A stretch of 64,000 nucleotides of DNA from Chiloscyllium plagiosum (taxonomy: Eukaryota): contig NC_057719.1 of NCBI RefSeq assembly GCF_004010195.1, forward strand, positions 1,045,945 through 1,109,944, written 5' to 3'. This document shows, piece after piece, positions 13,301 through 25,938 of the stretch (the first letter of the stretch is position 1; each line of letters opens with the position of its first letter). Both the position numbers and the translations under genes were made by a program. The notes under the pieces were generated by a model, which made no database searches, had not been told where the DNA came from, and was given only the letters and a program-made list of their open reading frames with translations.

Positions 13301-13800
13301 NNNNNNNNNNNNNNNNNNNNNNNNNNNNNNNNNNNNNNNNNNNNNNNNNNNNNNNNNNNNNNNNNNNNNNNNNNNNNNNNNNNNNNNNNNNNNNNNNNNN
13401 NNNNNNNNNNNNNNNNNNNNNNNNNNNNNNNNNNNNNNNNNNNNNNNNNNNNNNNNNNNNNNNNNNNNNNNNNNNNNNNNNNNNNNNNNNNNNNNNNNNN
13501 NNNNNNNNNNNNNNNNNNNNNNNNNNNNNNNNNNNNNNNNNNNNNNNNNNNNNNNNNNNNNNNNNNNNNNNNNNNNNNNNNNNNNNNNNNNNNNNNNNNN
13601 NNNNNNNNNNNNNNNNNNNNNNNNNNNNNNNNNNNNNNNNNNNNNNNNNNNNNNNNNNNNNNNNNNNNNNNNNNNNNNNNNNNNNNNNNNNNNNNNNNNN
13701 NNNNNNNNNNNNNNNNNNNNNNNNNNNNNNNNNNNNNNNNNNNNNNNNNNNNNNNNNNNNNNNNNNNNNNNNNNNNNNNNNNNNNNNNNNNNNNNNNNNN
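13301..13800. other. Assembly gap (other gaps at 17182-17194, 41848-41887, 49089-49476)
   Basis: Runs of N. Confidence 1.
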
Positions 13801-13955
13801 TCTTGACTGTAATGTTGACGTGGATGGAGCAGGACAGATTGTTGGTGGTCATCACCCCCAGGAACTTGGCGTACTCGACCATCTCCATCTCGGCGCCATC
13901 GATACAGACAGGGTCATGTCCTCCACTCTGCTTCCTGGAGCCGATGACCAGCTCA
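13801..13955 (-). mobile_element. Rex1/Babar-like LINE RT fragment
   Basis: ELVIGSRKQ..PVCIDGAEMEMVEYAKFLGVMTTNNLS resembles the post-RT KELIVDFRK..KFLGV.I...LSW motif. Confidence 0.65.
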
Positions 13956-14904
13956 CCGCTGCTCATGTGTCTCAGTGATGGGGGAGGGGGAGGGGGTCAG
14001 ATCCCTGTGAGTGGGCAGCCACATCCTCCACTTTATAACAGCAAACCAAATCTCATCACCTTCACCGAAGGCAATCTGCAAAACCACACACACATTAAAA
14101 CCTGTTAATTAAGTGCTGTGTAAAACTCAGAGTTGGTGACTGTGTGTTCTGTAATGGCGGGTGTTTATTGAGCAGAATTTATATTTGGACAACTTGCTGC
14201 GAAAAATTCTTTCCTAACCATTCGAGAATACTTTACATTTTCTCATCTTTTTGACACTTCCCAGAGACAGACGGTGACTTTATTAGAAATTCAGTGGTTG
14301 TTGATTTTGGAGCAAATCTCATATCGGTTTTGCATGCACAGCAAGATCCCAGAGCTAAGCAGGAAATCTGGTTAATGGACATCGAGTGAGGCACTTTGTA
14401 AATAAAAATGAGAGGGACACAGCAAGATAAAACCCACCAAGTCTACTTCCCTCAGTCAATGGGGCAAGGTTCACTCAGTACGGGTGGTATTATCACTGGC
14501 CTGTTAATCCAGCGACCCTTGGAACATTCTGCGGACGTGGGTTTGAGTCCCAGCACAGCAGATGGTGAAATTTGAATTCAGTAAAAATCTTGAAATACGA
14601 GTCTAATGATGACCATGATTGCTGATTGTCAGAAAAACCCACCTGGTTCACCGATGCCTTTAGTGAAGGAATCTGCCATCCTTACCCGGTCTGGCCTACT
14701 CATAACTCCAGACCCACAGCAACGTGGTTCACTCTTAGTTAAGAGTCTCTGGGCTATAAATGCTGCTCCTGTCAGTGACAGCCACGTCGCACCAGAGAAT
14801 AAATAGGCCATGCACATCACATCAGCTTTTCTCTGCGTTTGTGTGATTCTGACGGTGTCCAGTATGGCTCAAGGAAACAATCCCCTCCCTGACCAGATCA
14901 TTGG

Positions 14905-15130
14905 AACCTCAGGCCCCATTCCAGACATGTGACATGGATAGAAGCCAGGGTGACCCTCCAAAACAGCTTTGAGGGAACGTGACACTGTCAGAGGCACCAT
15001 CTTTCAGATAGTACATGAGACTGAGAGTCCTCCTCATTAAGGATCCCACCAGGACATTTTGAAAAGGAGCAGCAGGTGTTTCCTCAGAGCCCTGATCAAT
15101 ATTCATCCCCCAACGGTTTTCACAAACGTA
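14905..15130 (+). mobile_element. Degraded Deu-domain SINE (SacSINE1/AmnSINE1-related)
   Basis: GAGGGAACGTGACACTGTCAGAGGCACCATCTTTCAGAT..AAGGATCCCA..TTTGAAAAGGAGCAG..CCCTGATCAATATTCATCCC resembles the recalled Deu core. Similar 3' parts occur near 4480, 56400 and 61320. Confidence 0.55.
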
Positions 15131-15149
15131 GAGGTCATCTGGTCATCTG

Positions 15150-16230
15150 GACCCCATAGCCCAGTGAGGGTCAGCCCCTTCGGGAGAGGGAGGGAGACCC
15201 CGTACCCCAGTGAGGGTCAGCCCCTTCGGGAGAGGGAGGGAGACCCCGTAACCCAGTGAGGGTCAGCCTCTTCGGGAGAGGGAGGGAAACCCCGTAACCC
15301 AGTGAGGGTCAGCCCATTCGGGAGAGGGAGGGAGACCCCGTACCCCAGTGAGGGTCAGCCCCTTCGGGAGAGGGAGGGAGACCCCGTACCCCAGTGAGGG
15401 TCAGCCCCTTCGGGAGAAGGGGGGGACCCCGTACCCCAGTGAGGGTTAGCCTCTTCGGGAGAGGGAGGGAGACCCCGTACCCCAATGAGGGTCAGCCCCT
15501 TCGGGAGAAGGGGGGGACCCCGTAGCCCAGTGAGGGTCAGCCCCTTCGGGAGAGGGAGGGGGTCCCTGTACCCCAGTGAGGGTCAGCCCCTTCGGGAGAG
15601 GGAGAGGGACCCCGTACTCCAGTGAGGGTCAGCCCCTTCGGGAGAGGGAGGGGGACCCCGTACCCCAGTGAGAGTGAGCCCCTTCGGGAGAAAGAGGGAG
15701 ACCCCGTACCCCAGTGAGGGTCAGCCCCTTCAAGAGAGGGAGGGAGACCCCGTACCCCAGTGAGGGTCAGCCCCTTCAAGAGAGGGAAGGAGACCCCGTA
15801 CCCCAGTGAGGGTCAGCCCCTTCAGGAGAGGGAGGGAGACCCTGTACCCCAGTGAGGGTCAGCCCTTTCGGGAGAGGGAGGGTGACCCCGTACCCCAGTG
15901 AGAGTGAGCCCCTTCAGGAGAAGGAGGGAGACCCCGTACCCCAGCGAGGGTCAGCCCCTTCAGGAGAGTGAGGGAGACCCCGTACCCCAGTGAAGGTCAG
16001 CCCCTTCAGGAGAGGGAGGGGGACCCCGTACCCCAGTGAGTATCAGCCACTTCGGGAGAGGGAGGGAGACCCTGTACCCCAGTGAGAGTCAGCCCCTTCA
16101 GGAGAGGGAGGGGGACCCCGTACCCCAGTGAGAGTCAGCCCCTTCAGAAGGGGGTGGGGGACCCTGTACCCCAGTGAGAGTCAGCCCCTTCAGAAGGGGG
16201 AGGGGGACCCTGTACCCCAGTGAGGGTGAG
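15150..16230. repeat. 46-bp satellite array 2
   Basis: About 23 copies of the same unit, same orientation as array 1. Confidence 0.95.
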
Positions 16231-18469
16231 CACCATCAGCGTCTCGGAAGGGAGCTGTATGTTGCCAAAGTATGATAAACAATTAGTAATTTGATGAAAT
16301 GCTGAGTGACAGACCTGGAAGCATCTGCTCTGTAGAATCGAACATTAATTCATCATCCTCCTCCTTTATTAATTCTCACTGGGCATCGGGAGAATTTGTG
16401 ATGAATTTGTTGGAGTTGTGTTTGGGGGAATGCAGTGTTTCAGACAGCTGTGTAATATCCGTATGCTTCTTCGTGTTGGTTTGGAACAGCAGTGTGCTGT
16501 CGATCACACGTGGTTGGTATCAGAGGCGAGCTGTCAGGGTGGGAGGTCCTGGACAGAGCTGGGGAAAGGAGTGTCTGCACAGAGCCTTGCAGAGATCGCT
16601 GAGAGTGTGAACGGAATACTCGTGTGGGCTCAGCAATACGGTGAGTTACAACTGTACCTGGAAATGTCAACGATTTCATTAATGGCATTGTGTACTCTGA
16701 CATCTCTGAATATTTTTTACTTCTATATAGGCTTCATCCATGTATATCATTTACATTATCCTGTTTTCTATATTTATCCACAGCATGTAAATTCTCAACA
16801 TTCTGATATCGTCTCTATCGTTTCTGAACTGTAACATTCTGCCATTCATGCTCCTGTATTTTCTCTGTATGTGCAACATCTCTCCACTTTTTACACACGC
16901 TGTCCCTCTGAATCCTCAGTCTATTGTATCAAACCTGTATTATCTGTCTGGTCAGGGTTACTTTTACACTTCCATCTGCTTCCAGTGTGTGTGTGTCTCA
17001 CAGCCAATTCTGACGTTTTGTATGTCTGTTTTCCACTACACTGTCTCATTAAACGTATTTGCCTCTATCCTGCTCTCCCTGATTTCTCCTGGTGCCCTTT
17101 CTCACTGTCTCTCTATCACTCTTGACTCTGTTTTCCTTTCTCTTTTCTTACCTCTCTCCCTCTCTCTCTCTCCCCTTCCCTNNNNNNNNNNNNNNTCTAT
17201 CTCTCCCCCTCCCCCTCCCCCTCTCTCTATCTAGTGATCGTGCTGATACAGCACTAACTCTGTGGCTGGAAGGTTTTAGTGGCTGCTAGAGAATCGAACC
17301 AGTTGCACTGACTGTGATGGTTGGAAACTCCTGTAACTTTAAAAAGGTAACAACCAACACAATTCAATAGATGAGGTTCCACCTTCTTTCTGTAGCAGAT
17401 AGCTGTTAGTGCTGGGTGCTGGTGTTGAGAGCTCTCCCCTCTGAATCCCACAGGAACAATGATATTACTTTACTGGGGGATTATCGGGGTCGATGCTGGG
17501 GTGGGTATTGTTTCTCCTTGTGGGGGATTGTGGTACGAAGGGGCACATTGTAAAAGTCAGATGCCCCCCCACCCCCTGACAGCCTGCCCCAGATTGAAAT
17601 GGGGAGATGTTTCATCTCTGATGCAGTGAATCTTTAGAATTGTCTACCCCAGGGAGAGATGGGTGCAGAGGGTGGTGGGGGGGGGGGCTTTATCAATGAA
17701 AATATTCATGATCCATCATCAATGGGGAAGTCAAGGGAGAGTGGAATTGAAGGTACAATTAACTCAACCATGGTGTTAATGAAAGATAGCAGCTGTCTCC
17801 GAGGGGTGGGGTAGGGGGGTACTAATGGTCTAATCCTGATCCTATTCCTTATCCTGTTACAATTCCAGGAGCTGTGAAGAGGCCATTCGTTGGGGGTGGA
17901 GGGGTGCGGGGGGGGGGGAATGAAGGTGGTACAGGAGACACCCAAGCAACACACCTTGCTGAGACACCTCCATTGGTCAAAACCCTGCGTACACTCACAC
18001 AGTGTCTTTGTCCCCCAATCTCGGTGACCCAGTGGGAATGGGGTAATTGAGGAGTGAGGTGAAAACCCAGACTCCAGCGGAGATGGTTGTGGGGAGGTGC
18101 ACGGGTTTAAAACCACGGCCAGTTGAGAAATAGAGTGTTTGGGTAGTAACTGGAGGGACACAGAGAAGGGGAAGAGAATATTAAAACAGCAAGGGCAGGG
18201 TGTGACCCATAATCTGCAATGGGACCTTTCAAAAGGGACTTGGGTAAACGCTTAAACAGGAGAATTTCTCAGAGCTGGGAGGGACAGAGTAGGAGTGGCG
18301 GCTAATTATCAAGCTCTTTAAAAGAGCTTGCACAAAGACAATGGGCAGAATGGCCTTCCCACATGTTGTAGCCTTCCTCCATAAACAGTGTGGTCTTGTT
18401 TCAGCAGCTCCATCCATTCTGTTTGCTTCATCAAAGTCTCCTTATTGACTTAATGTTCATTCAGAGTTA

Positions 18470-19530
18470 GTTAAAAATCACACAACACCAGGTTGTAGTT
18501 CAACAGGTTTATTTGGAAGCACTAGCTTTTGGAGCGCTGCCCCTTCACCAGGTGGTGGTGGAGAATACGACTATAAAACACAGAGTTTGAAGCAAAAGAT
18601 TACAGTGTCATCCAACTGAAATGATATATCAAACAAACCCAGATTGTTGTTAAGTCTTTCATCTTTTAGAATGGGCTGCAGGTTTTGGTTCAATAATATG
18701 TACATCTCAGAACTTCTTTCAAGTTACATTCTCAAGATAACTTAAGGTTTTATTTAAAAAAAGGTGACATCTCACTCAGACAATGTATTAAAGGTGTGAG
18801 GTGAGAGTCTGTCTGTATCCCAATCTTGAGCCAGACTGGTTCTATTTCCAAGGTTGAATTTATAAATATTACATGGATTGTCTGCCTGCAGATTCTGCAT
18901 TTTTTGAGCAGAATAGAATTTATCTGCAAATATAAATTCACCCCAAAGACTTGTGTGTGTGTGTGGTGTGTGTGTGTGCGTGTGCCTGAGAGGGAGAGAG
19001 AGAGTGTGAGTGTGTGCATGTGAGTGTGAGTGTGAGAGTGTGTGTTTGTGTGTGTGCGTGCTTGGTAGAATGTGTGTATGAGTGTGACAGAGTTTAAGCC
19101 TGTGAGAGGGTGTGTGCTTGACTGTGAGTGTGGAGGGTGTATATCTGTGTGTCCGAGAGAGTGTGTGTATGAGAGGTGTATGTGTGTGCGCGTGTGTGTG
19201 CGTGCGTGTGCGCACTGGTGTGCGTGTGCGCACGCGTGTGTGTGTATATATGTGTGTATGCATGCACATGTGTGTATGCGTGTGTGCGTGCACACATGTG
19301 TGTACGCAAGCACGCGGGTGTGTGTGCGTGTGCAAGCGTGTGTGCGCGCGCGTGCGTATGTGTGTGTACACGCGCGTGTGTATGTGAGTGTGAGCGTGTG
19401 TGTGCGCGCACGTGTGTATTGTGTATGTGTGTGCATGCGGGTCTGAGTCTATAGTGTAGTGGGGTCGTCTGTAGTGTGACATGACCCCAAGGTCCCAGTT
19501 GAGGCCATCCCCATGAGAACCAGAACCTTC
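18470..19530 (-). mobile_element. Penelope-like element 3' part with long (TG/CG)n low-complexity tract (~18952-19440)
   Basis: The terminus AAAAATCACACAACACCAGGTT.. is shared with 53187-54004; TPHTFNTL/HGLN-like endonuclease tail and degenerate hammerhead core on -. Confidence 0.6.
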
Positions 19531-19764
19531 CCATTATTCTCATTTGCAAAGTTGAACTGTGTTAATTTTCAGTGCCCAGCAGGGTGACGACTCACAATTC
19601 AGCTACTTCTGCGGCGGTGTTAATGGATTCAAAACAATTTAAATACCTCACTGTTTCATGAATTTCACGGAGATAGAGGGGGCGAGCTGTTAGCGACAGC
19701 ATCTGGACTGAGTTAAAACCAGACCAGCAGAGGCAGGCTGGACTCTCTCTGTGTTTCAACCCCA

Positions 19765-20385
19765 GCTCTCTTTCTCTCTCTCTCACACTCTCTCTCTCTC
19801 CCTCTTCTCTTAACTCCCCTTCTCTCTCTCCCATATCGCACTCTGTGTGTCTCTGTCTCTCTTTCTCACTCCATCTCCCTCTGTCTCTCTTTGTCTCTCA
19901 CATTTTGTCTCTTTTCCTTTATCTCTGAACATCTCTCCCTCTCTTGTGTCTGTGTGTGTGTCTGTCTCTCTCCCACTGTGTCTATTGCTCTCTCTCTGTC
20001 TCTTTATAAGTGTGTCTCTCTCGTGTATCTCTGTCACACTGTCTCTCCCTCTTTATCTCTCTCTTTTTCCTTCTCTCTCTCTGTATCTCACCCCCTCTCT
20101 CGTCTTTCTCTGTTTCATTCTCTCATGTGTCTCTATCTCTTTCTTTCTGTCTCTCTCTTTCTCTCATGTGTCTCTCTTTCCCTCTGTCTTCCTTTTCTTC
20201 TCTGTCTCTCTCTCTTTCTCCTTCTCTGTCTATCTATCTGTCTCTCTTTGTTTCTCTGTCTCTCCTGTTTCTCCCTCTCCTTTCTCTCTGTCTCTCTCTC
20301 TCTCTCTTCCCATCTCTCTCTCTCTCTCTCTCTCTTTCTCTGTCACTCCCTCTCTCTCTTACTCTCTCTGGCTTCTCTCTGTCTC
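19765..20385. repeat. (CT)n-rich low-complexity tract
   Basis: Seen directly; similar tracts at ~28220-28500 and ~57310-57520. Confidence 0.95.
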
Positions 20386-20984
20386 CTTGTGGAAGCTGTT
20401 CCTTAAGGATGAGAAACAAGTTTCACTGTTGAACATTCCCCAACCCCTGCAAGGCTCCATATTTGGCATTGATCGGGGGAGGGGGGAGCTGATGAAGGTT
20501 TCCCTGGGGGACAGCTGCCCAGGGACAGGGTGGTGGGTCATGGGTCATAAGCAGCGAAGCTGAAAGAGCCAATGATTAATCAAGCAGTCGGAATTGTAAT
20601 AATCCGGACCGTCTGGGGACAGTAAGTATCAAAATGTGTGCCCCATGAGATGTAGGCCATTCAGCCCATCGAGTCTGCTCTTCCATTCAATGAGATCATA
20701 GCGGATTTGATAACCCTCAAATCTACTTTTGTTTCAAAAATCATTCATCTAATGGGGTGGGGGAACATGTCTTGCCCCTCTGTAGTTGCTCACAGGGCAG
20801 TTAAACATTGACCATGCTGCTGTGGGATTGGTGTCACATATAGACCAGACGCAGAGCTAGTTGGAGGGTTATCGGAAGCTGGCAGGAGAGTGGAGTTGAG
20901 GCCAAGGTGAGCTCAGCTGGGATTGTATTGAATGGTGGGCTAAATGACCTCCTCCTGCCTGTGGTTATTACCTTCCCTAAAAGG

Positions 20985-23900
20985 TGTTTCCAGACTGACA
21001 CATTTCCCTGTATCCCATGCCTCCATACTTTCTGAATGAGCCTGCCATGGGGAACCTTATCAAACATGTTGCTAAAATCCATATACACCACATCCACTGC
21101 TCTACCTTCATCAATGTATTTTGTCACATCCTTGTGAGGCATGACCTGCCCCTCACAAAGCCATGCTGACTATCTCTAATCAAACTATGGCTTTCCAGAT
21201 AATCATAAATCCTGTCTCTCAGAATCCTCTCCAATACTTTGCCCACCACTGATGTAAAACTGACAGGTCTAAAATTCCTAGCATTATCCCTATTCACTCT
21301 CTTGAACACGGGAATAACATTTGCCACTCTCCAATCATCTGGTACTACTCCAGTGGACAGTGAGGATGCAAAGATCATCGTCAAAGGCCAGCAGTCTCTT
21401 CCCTCGCTCCCCATAGTAACCTTGGTTATATCCCTTCTGGCCCAGGGGACTTATCTATCCTTATGTTTTCAAACTTTTCAGCACATCCTCCTTCCTAACA
21501 TCAACCTGTTTTTGATTGTTTCATGCTGATCTCAGAAACAGCAAGGTCCCTCTCAGTAGTGAATACTGAAGCAAAGTATTCATTAAGGACCTCCCCTACT
21601 TCCTCCAACTCCAGGCACAAGTTCCCTCCTCTATCCCTGATCGGCCCTAGCCTCAGGTAAAAACAATGACTGCAGATGCTGGAAACCAGATTCTGGATTA
21701 GAGTGGTGCTGGAAGAGCACAGCAGTTCAGGCAGCATCCGAGGAGCAGTAAAATCGACTTTTCGGGCAAAAGCCCTTCATCAGGAATAAAGGCAGAGAGC
21801 CTGAAGCGTGGAGAGATAAGCTAGAGGAGGGTGGGGGTGGGGAGAGAGTAGCATAGAGTACAATAGGTCAGTGGGGGAGGGGATGAAGGTCCTCTTGTTC
21901 CTCACATAAGTGTGGAATGCCTGAGGGTTTTCCTTCATCTTATCCACTAAGGCTTTTTCATGCTCCCTTCCCACTCTCCTCAGTCCATTCTTCAATTCCT
22001 TCCGGGCTATCTTGTAACCCCCCTCTAGACCCCTGTCTGATCCTTGCCTCCTCAACCTTAAGTAAGCTTTCTTCTTCCTCGTGATTTTCCACATCTCTTG
22101 TCATCCCTTTACCCTGCCATCCCATCCTTGCCTCAGTGGGACAAACCTGTCCAGCAGTTGCAGCAAGTGCTCCCTCAACAACCTCCACATTTCTGTCCCG
22201 CATTTCCCTGAGAACATCTGTTCCTGTTATGACACGGGGTAAACCCCCCCGTTAACTTAAACCGGCAACACAGAAAAAATTTATCCTGTGCAGTAATCTG
22301 TGAAAATTCAAGAGATCAAGAATTATCCCAAAGTTCACTGTTTAAAGTAAAAATTAACAACTTTATTTTTACTTAAAAGTCTAACAGAAAATTATTAACT
22401 AACAACCATTTACAATGCCTTTCTCGTCGATTCTCCTGTTCCCTAGATGCTGCCTGACCTGCTGCGCTTCTCCAGCAACACATTTCCATCTCTGATCTCG
22501 AGCATCTGCAGACCTCATTTTCTCTTCTAACCTATCTTTTACTTGCCTTTCTATAATACTGGTCAGATAAAACCCCCAATTAGATTTATCAAAGTATTCA
22601 AATTTCAAAACCAGCCAGCTGTCGAATCTTCTCTTTGTATCTTCCTCTGTCTTCTTTCCTTCTTCTTAGGGATTTCTGTTTCACAGGTCATTGATAGATA
22701 AAGGTACCTTTAAGAGAGCTATTCTGTGGGCAGTCAATACCTGCTGGTGGCTTGGCAGCTCTCCCCTAACTGTTCAATTTTCCCAGTCTTATACCCCAAA
22801 GCAATGGATCATTTCATGGGTCTTAATATTGCCAAAATATCAAATTCAAACTTGATTGTAATTTGGTATCTTGGGGTATAATTTAAACTGATTGGCTGAA
22901 TTTGAATTTGATTTGTTTTTTCTCATAGCATCCTTGGTACTGCTAGCTGCTGGACCAAACATTACATTGTAAATTTTCCAGTACTCTCTGTGCCTCTCTA
23001 ATTCCTTCAACTCTCTTAAAGGTACAGTACACCCACATCTTCATAACAGTTCCCAATTTAGGTGCAGCAGTTCCTGCCTAATAGCATAGTAATTCTGCCT
23101 CCCCCAATTAAATACATTCCCATACCGTCTGCTCCTATCCCTCTCCATAGTACAGTAAAGGTCAGGGAACTGTGATCACAATCACTGAAATGCTCTCCCA
23201 CCAAGAGCTCTGACTCCTGACTTAGTTCGTTGCCAAACACCAAATCCAATATGACCTCCTCTCTCGTCGGACTATCTACATATTGCATCAGGAACCCTTC
23301 CTGTTGTCACCTGACAAAAACTGCTCCATCCAAACTGTTTGAACTAAGGAGGTTCTGATCAATATTAGGGAAGTTAAAGTCACCATGACAACAACCCTGT
23401 TACTTCTGCACCTTTCCAAAATCTGCCCCCAATCTGCTCCTCCCTGTCTCTGCTGTTATTGACACGTGACTTAGAATCATAGAGTTATAGGGATGTACAG
23501 CACGGAAACAGACCCTTAGGTCCAACCCGTCCATGCCGACCAGATATCCCAACCCAATCTAGTCCCACCTGCCAGTACCCGGGCCATATCCCTCCAAACC
23601 CTTCCTATTCATATACCCATCCAAATGCCTTTTAAATGCCTTTTGTGGGCGGCACGGTGGCCCAGTGGTTAGCACTGCTGCCTCACAGCGCCAGAGACCG
23701 GGGTTCAATTCCCCCCTCAGGTGACTGACTGTGTGGAGTTTGCACATTCCCACCGTGTCTGCGTGGGTTTCCTCCGGGTGCTCCGGTTTCCTCCCACAGT
23801 CCAAAGATGTGCAGGTCAGGTGAATTGGCCATGCTAAATTGCCCGTTGTGTTAGGTAAGGAATAAATGTAGGGATATGGGTGGGTTGCGCTTCGGCAGAG

Positions 23901-24455
23901 CGGTGTGGATTTGTTGGGCCGAAGGGCCTGTTTCCACACTGTAAGTAATCTAATCTAATCTAATCTAAATGTTGCAATTGTACCAGCCTCCACCACATCC
24001 TCTGACAGCCCATTCCCCACACACACAATCCTCTGCATGAAAACGTTGCCCCTTAGGTCTCTTTTATATCTTTCCCCTCTCACCCTAAACCTATGCCCTC
24101 TAGTTCTGGACTCCCCCATCCCAGGGAAAAGACCTTGTCTATTTACCCTATCCATGCACTCATAATTTTATAAACGTCTATAAAGTCACCCCTCAGCCTC
24201 CAACGCTTCAGGGAAAACAGCCCCAGCCTGTTCAGCTTCTCCCCATAGCTCAAATCCTCCAACTCTGGCAACATCCTTGTAAATCTTTTCTGAACCCTTT
24301 CAAGTTTCACAACATCTTTCCGATAGGAAAGAGACCAGAATTGCAAGCAATATTCCAATAGTGGCCTAACCACTGTCCTGTACAGCCACAACATGACCTC
24401 CCAACTCCTGTACTCAATGCTCTGACCAATAAAGGAAACATACCAAATGCCTTCT
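20985..24455 (-). mobile_element. Fragmented CR1 ORF2 copies with nested insertions (Penelope ~21655-21890, solo LTR, HE1 SINE 23647-23967)
   Basis: RT motifs AVDVVYMDFS..FDKVPH, VPDDWRVANV..NFRPVSFTSVVGK..QHGF, plus endonuclease-region PTREEVILDLV. Confidence 0.85.
22225..23048. mobile_element. Solo LTR-like insertion with 5-bp TSD
   Basis: Ends TGTTATGA..TCATAACA (8-bp inverted termini), flanked by GTTCC at 22220-22224 and 23049-23053, splitting a CR1. Contains a Penelope fragment at ~22418-22530. Confidence 0.8.
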
Positions 24456-25938
24456 GTGCCAGGCTAGTTCTAGCCATGTTATTGCCAGCTGGGTATCAAT
24501 GAGTTTGTTTTTCTTGGTGAATAGCCTCAGATTGACAACTGAGAGGTAACCACATAGATATGTTTAAGGTGATGACGGGTTTATAGGGAGTGAGTACAGA
24601 CATAGAGATGACAATCAGACAGTCTAGATTATAGTTGAGTGTGCCTATTCCTGATGAAGGGCTTTAGCCCGAAACGTCGATCCTTCTGCTCCTCGGACGT
24701 TGCCTGACCTGCTGTGCTTTTCCAGTACCACACACTCGACTCTAATCTCCAGCATTGCGGTCCTCACTTTCTCCCTGTCTAGGTTATAGACAGAGTAATG
24801 AAAGTCAGTGTGCCATTTCTCCTCTTGTTAGCTTGCTGCTCCTGCCTGTCTACTTTCATTGGCTGGTGTAACACAGACATTCAGGTCTCTTTGTAGATCC
24901 ACACTTCCCAGTAGATCACTATTTAAATAATACTCTGCTTTCGCTGTGTTTCACACGGAAGTCACACTTAATCACATTGTGCTGTATCTGTCACATGTTT
25001 ATCCACTCACTCACTTGTCTAAATCACCTGAAGCCTCCTTGCACTCTCCTCACAATCCCACCCACCAAACTTGTGTCGTTGGCAAATTTGGAATGTTGTA
25101 TTCAGTTCCCTCATCCAGGTCATTGATATAAACCATGAGGAGCTGGGGCCCAAGTACTGATCCCTGTGGAACCCCACTCGTCACTGCCTGTCCAACCAGA
25201 AAAAGACCCATTTACACCCACTCTCTGTTTCTGTCTGAGAACCAATCCTCCATCCATGATAAAATATCACCCCTGATCCCATCTCCCTCCCCCACCCCCT
25301 GTGCGTTAGCTTGGTCCACCAACCTCTTATAGGGGACCTCTTCAAAAAACCCTCTGAAAATCCAGATCCACCACATCCCTTATCCACTCCATTAGTCACA
25401 TCCTCAGAAAAACACTGCAGGAAAATTGCTTAGCATGAATTGCCTTTCATAAAGCCAGAAAGACTCAACAATAACTTTCAAAAGGAATTGAATTAACATT
25501 GAGAGGGAAAGCAGCCCAGAGTTTTCGCTGAGGAGGTGGGAGTATTTGGAATGGGCACAGATATGATGGGTCGAGTGGCCTGTTGCTGTGCTGTAGAATT
25601 CCTAGGTACCATTGGCTGGTGTGACTGTCTGTCTTTGGGATGTTCCATTGAAAGGTCATTAAGCTGAGACATCAACCTAGTCTCTCTCTCCACAGAGCTC
25701 CTCCAGCAATCTGCCTTTTATTTCAGGTTTCCAGTTCTAAGCCGTGGTCTTAATGTTGTACTAAGTGACCATTCTTTTTCCAGGTCTGAGATTAAACGGA
25801 AAGTGATCACTGATCAGAGAGATGTTAACGTGTGTCTGGGGTAGATGAGAAAACCCCCCTCAGGGTGTGACCATAACCTGAAATTGCGGTGAAGGTACAA
25901 GCCAGATGGAGGTGACTATCCCATAATCCTCAGCTGTC

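Noticed and set aside
13105..13966. ORFs over 200 aa spanning N runs (also 48850-49803)
   Set aside because: Their length comes from assembly gaps.
18750..20563. Long His/Thr-, Cys/Val- and Ser/Leu-rich ORFs
   Set aside because: Translations of (CA/TG)n and (CT)n microsatellites.
23647..23720. tRNA genes at SINE heads
   Set aside because: A/B-box-like heads continue into SINE bodies with LINE-derived tails; not stand-alone tRNAs.
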